Shown: piece after piece, positions 7,451 through 11,804 of the stretch
Numbering within the stretch: the stretch's first letter is position 1
How the letters are laid out: each line of letters starts with the position of its first letter
From: Candidatus Methanoperedenaceae archaeon
GTDB taxonomy: Archaea > Halobacteriota > Methanosarcinia > Methanosarcinales > Methanoperedenaceae
Direction of reading: 5' to 3'
DNA: 11,804 bases
Assembly (NCBI GenBank): GCA_963753595.1
Contig: CAVWCX010000017.1
Span: 1 to 11,804, forward strand
The notes under the pieces: model-generated
Told to the model about the DNA's origin: nothing
The model's input: the letters and a program-made list of their open reading frames with translations, nothing else
Database searches by the model: none
Program-made: the position numbers and the translations under genes

Positions 7451-8086
7451 TTACCTTATATGCTTTGATGCAATAATATATGCTTTTTCATATGATTCTT
7501 CGAATCCCGTCCAAACATCTTCGTCATTAATTATGTTCCACAAGATCTCTTTACGTTTTTTCTGTTCGTCCACTTCGGTTTTCAATCTTTCACGAATTTC
7601 ATTTTGAAGCCTTGACATTTGTGCAAATTCAGGCGTAATCACTTCTTCTATTTTTTGACGAATGTATTTTGAAAGGGCAGGACTCTGGCCGGCCGTTGAA
7701 ATACCGATCACAATATCGCCTCGCCTGATGACTGACGGGACTATTATATCACCGATATCATCCACACGATTTACAATTTTTCCTTCATCTTTTGCGATCT
7801 TTGCTATTCTTTCATTCAATATCGCATCATTTGTAGCAGGAATTATAATAAAGGCTTTTTTCAGGTAAGAGGAAATGTCTTTTTCGGTAATATCTTTAAC
7901 TTTTATAAGTTTTATCTTTCCTGAATCGTATAACCTGTTCAATCCCGATGTAAATTCCTTACTTATAATAGTCACTCTGGCATGCTCACAAAAAAGAGAC
8001 GCTTTTCGCTCACCCACTTCTCCACCACCGAAAATAGCGATCTCTTTTTCCTTCAGGTCAAGCATAAGAGGCAAAAAATCACTCAT
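7451..8086 (-). CDS. sirC: Precorrin-2 dehydrogenase (SirC/Met8p, CysG N-terminal-like)
   Basis: FLPLMLDL, Rossmann GGGEVGERK, ATND, VNRVDD, and IGISTAGQSPALSKYIR. Overlaps ahbB by 4 nt. Confidence 0.92.
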   Translation of the reverse strand: MSDFLPLMLDLKEKEIAIFGGGEVGERKASLFCEHARVTIISKEFTSGLNRLYDSGKIKLIKVKDITEKDISSYLKKAFIIIPATNDAILNERIAKIAKDEGKIVNRVDDIGDIIVPSVIRRGDIVIGISTAGQSPALSKYIRQKIEEVITPEFAQMSRLQNEIRERLKTEVDEQKKRKEILWNIINDEDVWTGFEESYEKAYIIASKHIR

Positions 8087-8541
8087 AACCTCACGCCTGT
8101 TTTTTTGAACTCCCTTTCGCTAAAAAGTATGCTGTAATCCTTTATACCTGTAGCAAGAGAGATCTCTTTTGCTATTTTTTCACATTCTTCACGCGAGTAT
8201 GCATGGACCATGGTAAAAAGGTTATACTTCCAATCGGGATATCTGGGCCGTTCATAACAATGTGTGACTTCCGGAAAGCCTGCCATTATGGCCCCCACTT
8301 TTTCCACATTCTCATCAGGAACGTTCCAGGTGCACATGGCATTAGCCGTTATTCCTATTGCCCTGTGTCCGATCGAAGCGCCAAAACGTCTTATGGCACC
8401 TTCTTTTACCATTTTGTGGACACGCGCCAGGACATCTGTTTCAGAAAGTCCCACCTCTTTTGCAATATGTTTAAAGGGTTCGGATACGATCGGAATTCCA
8501 TCCTGGATCGTTTTTAATAATTTCAAATCAATTTGGTCCAT
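8083..8541 (-). CDS. ahbB: Siroheme decarboxylase beta subunit (AhbB/NirH-like, Lrp/AsnC fold)
   Basis: N-terminal HTH-like region, IRRFGA, G..ANAMCTW.V, THCYERP..PDWKYNLFTMVH and LFSEREFKKT. HCY.R and ANAM fit AhbB better than AhbA (HNY.R). Adjacent to sirC and hemA. Confidence 0.88.
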   Translation of the reverse strand: MDQIDLKLLKTIQDGIPIVSEPFKHIAKEVGLSETDVLARVHKMVKEGAIRRFGASIGHRAIGITANAMCTWNVPDENVEKVGAIMAGFPEVTHCYERPRYPDWKYNLFTMVHAYSREECEKIAKEISLATGIKDYSILFSEREFKKTGVRL

Positions 8542-8643
8542 GTTATCAGATAATTCATTTAGAAATATTCATATATATGTTCATTGTTTATATGTGTGGA
8601 TAGGAAATAAATCAACTGAATATGTAAACGCAGATACATTAAT

Positions 8644-9012
8644 ATGATAGATATAAAAAACGTTTTGGAAGTCATAAATGAAGTGCTGGTTTTGCCGATA
8701 GCAATTATTACTTTCTTTCTATTGACTTATATAGTAGTATATCTGTGGAAAAAGGATCCTGATGTGATCCGGTCAAGGATTTTCTTAAAATATGATGAAA
8801 TCAAAAAAGCTTTTGTACTGCTGGAAATATTCGCTTTCGTATTGGTCATACATGTATCTTTAATATATATACCACATTTTTATTTAGTAAATTATTTTTT
8901 TATTGATAATTTACAAAGGATTTTTGGATTGATCCTTGTGTTTATACTCATAGCTTTTGTGTATATTATATTTGGAGTTATTCGAAACTCAAATTCCGAA
9001 TTGGTCAAATGA
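8644..9012 (+). CDS. Hypothetical membrane protein (about 3 TM helices)
   Basis: 122-aa ATG ORF filling the gap, with three hydrophobic stretches and a basic loop WKKDPDVIRSRIFLKY. About 27-28% GC by hand count. Confidence 0.75.
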   Translation: MIDIKNVLEVINEVLVLPIAIITFFLLTYIVVYLWKKDPDVIRSRIFLKYDEIKKAFVLLEIFAFVLVIHVSLIYIPHFYLVNYFFIDNLQRIFGLILVFILIAFVYIIFGVIRNSNSELVK

Positions 9013-9033
9013 TCAATAAATTTCAAATTGGAA

Positions 9034-9192
9034 TTATCTGCTCATCCTGATATTTACGTTCTTCCAATCATCTCCGACCCCGCGAAGGGTTTCAATTGAA
9101 CCTTTGACCATCCCGCACAGGATTTTATTTACAAAACCATTCATAGGTATTTTTTTTCCATCGATCTCAAGAACAATTTCTATATCTTCCAT
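9034..9192 (-). CDS. Small 52-aa protein resembling the C-terminal module of long MobB proteins; absent from the ORF track
   Basis: Hand translation: MEDIEIVLEIDGKKIPMNGFVNKILCGMVKGSIETLRGVGDDWKNVNIRMSR*. ATG at 9192, TAA at 9036-9034, and an SD-like GGAGATGGAGA upstream. It fills an otherwise empty gap without overlapping its neighbours. Confidence 0.8.
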   Translation of the reverse strand: MEDIEIVLEIDGKKIPMNGFVNKILCGMVKGSIETLRGVGDDWKNVNIRMSR

Positions 9193-9291
9193 ATTATCTC
9201 TCCATCTCCAATATGTCAGATTCTTAATATAGTTCTATTGTTTGATCCTGTCTGGGAAGCTTTTATGAGTATGAAAATAATTGTACGGGCT

Positions 9292-9978
9292 ATGCAGGAA
9301 TACAAGATAAGGATCCATGATCTGCCAAAGGACGAAAGGCCACGCGAGAGGCTCATGAAGAACGGTGCGTCGGCATTGAGTGATTCCGAACTTCTTGCAA
9401 TAATCCTGAGGACGGGGTCTAAACAGGAAAATGTCATAAACCTTTCCCAGAGGATCTTAAAAGAGTATAATATTAAACAGCTCTCACAGATCAATTTGAC
9501 ACAATTGATGAAAGTACATGGCATCAAGGAAGGCAAGGCTGCGCAGATCGCAGCCTGTTTTGAGATAGCGCGGCGACTGGAAACTTTCAAGAATGAGGAT
9601 AAGCAAAAGATCAACTCCCCCGAAGATGTTTACAGGCGGATATATCCAAAAATGAGGGAGCAAAAAAAAGAACTTTTCATCGAGCTTTGTCTTGATACGA
9701 AAAACCAGATCATCAAGGAGGAAACGATTTCTGTGGGCTCTTTGAATGCGAATATCGTTCATCCAAGGGAGGTATTCAAGCTTGCTCTGGCAGAATCCGC
9801 AGCACATATAATTGTGGCTCATAATCATCCGTCCGGGGACCCGACCCCAAGCAAGGAAGATATAGAAATAACAAAGAAACTCGTTGAGACCGGCAATATT
9901 ATGGGGATCACTCTTCTTGACCATGTAATAATCGGTGATGGAAGGCATTTCAGCATGAAAGAAGCGGGGCATATCTAG
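9292..9978 (+). CDS. radC: RadC/UPF0758 JAB-domain protein
   Basis: ERPRERL..G..ALSDSELLAIILRTG, HhH GIKEGKA, VHPREVF, JAMM motif HNHPSGDPTPSKED, and LLDHVIIG. Start moved from 9238 to ATG 9292 because family homology begins there and GAAGC-TTTTATGA (9256-9268) sits at TATA distance. Confidence 0.95.
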   Translation: MQEYKIRIHDLPKDERPRERLMKNGASALSDSELLAIILRTGSKQENVINLSQRILKEYNIKQLSQINLTQLMKVHGIKEGKAAQIAACFEIARRLETFKNEDKQKINSPEDVYRRIYPKMREQKKELFIELCLDTKNQIIKEETISVGSLNANIVHPREVFKLALAESAAHIIVAHNHPSGDPTPSKEDIEITKKLVETGNIMGITLLDHVIIGDGRHFSMKEAGHI

Positions 9979-9988
9979 GGAAATAAAT

Positions 9989-10597
9989 ATGGCATATTCT
10001 GCAATTATCCTTGCGGGAGGAAAAGGGAAACGCATGGGTTACCGGGAAAAAGCTCTGATGGCCATTAATGGTAAACCCCTTATCAGCTATGTTATCGAAG
10101 GCCTTGAAAAAGTTGTTGACAACATTATAATTTCCGTTCGTGATAAAGCACAGGGAGAGTTATTTGACACAGTGTTGCCGGGATACACCTATGCATTTGA
10201 TAAATATGAAAACACAGGCCCGCTTGCGGGGATACTTTCCAGTCTCACTGTTTGCAGGGATGAATATTGTTTTATCGCTGCATGCGATATGCCTTTTATA
10301 AATGAAAATGTTGTAAAGATGCTTTTTAAGGGTAGTGTTAATCATGATGCAGCCATCCCGCGTCGGGAAGATGGCTTTCTTGAGCCATTGCATGCTGTTT
10401 ATAAAAGCAAACCTATGATCTTTGAGACCAGGAAAGCTATCAGGAACGGGGAGAGAATAATTCTTGCTCCGATCCAGAAACTAAGGGTCAATTATGTGGA
10501 AATAGAAGATATCAGGAAAATCGACCCCGATTTAAGAACATTTATCAATATCAATACACCAGAAGACATGGATCGGATCGAAAATAATGTATACTAA
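9989..10597 (+). CDS. mobA: Molybdenum cofactor guanylyltransferase
   Basis: ILAGGKGKRMG..KAL, GPLAGI, ACDMPF, EPLHAVY, and FININTPED. Confidence 0.95.
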   Translation: MAYSAIILAGGKGKRMGYREKALMAINGKPLISYVIEGLEKVVDNIIISVRDKAQGELFDTVLPGYTYAFDKYENTGPLAGILSSLTVCRDEYCFIAACDMPFINENVVKMLFKGSVNHDAAIPRREDGFLEPLHAVYKSKPMIFETRKAIRNGERIILAPIQKLRVNYVEIEDIRKIDPDLRTFININTPEDMDRIENNVY

Positions 10598-11339
10598 AAA
10601 TTATTCTGCACTTGAGCTGAAATGCGGTGTATCGCATGAAAAGATCCATACAGTAGCCGTAGAGAATACTATTGAGCTTTTCATAAATAAAATTCCGATA
10701 GCATCAATACTTGCTACCCCGGAAATGTTAAATGAGCTTGCTGTCGGGTATCTTATATGCGAAGGTCTTGTAAAAGGTACGGATAGTATAAAAGACTTTA
10801 AAATAGACGGGAACAGGATATATGCCGCGATAGAAGAGACAGAGCACATTGAAATCTGGCGCGAATTAAGGTCATCAGGGTGCGTTGGCGTAAAATGGGA
10901 AGAGAATGAAAATATTTCAATTGATTCTGATACAAATTTCAGCCTGGATCCGATCGGGAAAAGCCTGAGATTCCTGGAATCTGATACATACAGGGAAACG
11001 CGGGGGACACATGCAGCATGCCTCATAAACGCTGCGGGTGAATGCGTTGCAAAAGCGATAGATGTGGGAAGACACAATGCTTTTGACAAGGTTGTTGGAT
11101 ATGCATATCTTAATGGGATTGATGTAAGGGAGCATTTCATCATATCAACAGGGCGCCAGTCGGCAGGAATGGTATTAAAAGCCGCACGCGCCGGAATCCC
11201 GCTTGTTGCGACAAAAACCGCGCCTCTAAATTCCGGAATTGATGCTGCCCTGCGGACTGGCGTTTGTCTTGTTTGTTTTGTTTCAAATGATAAAATGTCA
11301 GTTTTTTCACACCACGAGAGGCTTTTATGCCGCCTGTAA
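10587..11339 (+). CDS. fdhD: Formate dehydrogenase accessory sulfurtransferase FdhD
   Basis: AVE...ATP...ELAVGYLICEG, SSGCVG, GTHAA, DVGRHNAFDKVVG, TGR, and MVLKAARAGIP. Overlaps mobA by 11 nt. Confidence 0.93.
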   Translation: MYTKNYSALELKCGVSHEKIHTVAVENTIELFINKIPIASILATPEMLNELAVGYLICEGLVKGTDSIKDFKIDGNRIYAAIEETEHIEIWRELRSSGCVGVKWEENENISIDSDTNFSLDPIGKSLRFLESDTYRETRGTHAACLINAAGECVAKAIDVGRHNAFDKVVGYAYLNGIDVREHFIISTGRQSAGMVLKAARAGIPLVATKTAPLNSGIDAALRTGVCLVCFVSNDKMSVFSHHERLLCRL

Positions 11340-11800
11340 TTTGTATCGTGGGAAGCAGCAAAACCGGAAAAACAAGATTAATGGAAGAATTGATAAAAGA
11401 ATTGAAAATGCGGGGTCTTCGGGTAGGCGCCTTAAAATATCACAAACATGGTGATTTTGAAATCGATATTGAGGGCAAAGATACATGGAAATATGCCCTG
11501 GCCGGGGCTGATACTGTTGCTATAACCTCGTCTGTGAAATTTGCGGTTATAAAAAATGACAAAGTTCCTGTTGATATTGATGAGATTTGTGAAAAATATT
11601 TTAGCGACCTTGATGTTGTTCTTGCAGACGGGTTCACTCAATCCGATAAGCCCCGGATAATTGTTGTGGGACATGAGAAAGATGCGGGGATTTTCGAACA
11701 CGGATGCAGGGTTATATCGGTTACAGATGAAAAAATCAAGGATATGGATATTATTCTCGAAAAAGTGCTTGAATTCCTGAAGAGGTCAGATTCAAAGTGA
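11327..11800 (+). CDS. mobB: Molybdopterin-guanine dinucleotide biosynthesis protein B
   Basis: P-loop VGSSKTGKT, KYHKHGDFEIDIEGKDTW, AGAD, and DVVLADGF. Overlaps fdhD by 13 nt and ends with TGA at 11798-11800. Confidence 0.92.
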   Translation: MPPVICIVGSSKTGKTRLMEELIKELKMRGLRVGALKYHKHGDFEIDIEGKDTWKYALAGADTVAITSSVKFAVIKNDKVPVDIDEICEKYFSDLDVVLADGFTQSDKPRIIVVGHEKDAGIFEHGCRVISVTDEKIKDMDIILEKVLEFLKRSDSK

Positions 11801-11804
11801 AGCT

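Noticed and set aside
8083-8541. Annotation as a plain Lrp/AsnC transcription factor
   Set aside because: The HCYER and YNLFTMVH motifs and the sirC/hemA context indicate siroheme decarboxylase.
4044-8647. Plus-strand ORFs at 4044, 4660, 5563, 5947, 6832, 7662, 7875, 8203 and 8264
   Set aside because: They lie antisense to corA, the DUF2178-like gene, the CNNM gene, hemA, sirC or ahbB and show no family motifs.
9034-9192. 52-aa ORF as a ubiquitin-like sulfur carrier (MoaD/ThiS/SAMP) and substrate of the adjacent JAB protein
   Set aside because: No C-terminal Gly-Gly and too short for a full beta-grasp fold.
9238-9291. Longer N-terminus for RadC given in the ORF track
   Set aside because: The extension lacks family similarity and covers a TATA-like element; ATG 9292 fits better.
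9292-9978. radC as a marker of a mobile element or prophage
   Set aside because: It is the full-length chromosomal type with N-terminal and HhH regions, and no integrase, transposase or att-like repeats are nearby.
9976-9991. Possible pyrrolysine readthrough of the radC TAG into mobA
   Set aside because: mobA is out of frame (10-nt gap), RadC is already complete, and no pyl genes are visible in the window.
9216-11701. Minus-strand and alternate-frame ORFs over radC, mobA, fdhD and mobB
   Set aside because: Shadows of conserved genes.
1-11804. CRISPR arrays, tRNA/rRNA genes, IS elements
   Set aside because: Intergenic gaps are at most ~230 nt, and I saw no regularly spaced repeats, cloverleaf motifs or transposase ORFs.

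Overview
An archaeal chromosomal segment. The gene content (ahbB-sirC-hemA, a glycosylated cohesin-domain surface protein, an archaeal ATPase) suggests Methanosarcinales, possibly Ca. Methanoperedens; this taxonomy is an inference. From left to right: a secreted two-cohesin/Ig-like protein; an archaeal ATPase with DUF234 and a PD-(D/E)xK-like domain; a minus-strand block of corA, an XRE-HTH regulator plus DUF2178-like membrane protein, a CNNM/CorB-family transporter, hemA, sirC and ahbB; a low-GC membrane ORF; a 52-aa ORF missing from the ORF track; and a radC-mobA-fdhD-mobB run. Most of the window is cofactor and metal housekeeping. The best leads are (1) the hidden 52-aa ORF resembling a detached MobB C-terminal module, (2) paired operator-like palindromes upstream of the DUF2178/HTH genes between two Mg/Co transporters, (3) the ATPase-nuclease with a K->N change in its catalytic motif and tandem upstream palindromes, and (4) the anchorless cohesin protein with an orphan C-terminal strand. 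I found no CRISPR array, RNA gene or IS element, and the sequence alone does not establish a new system.
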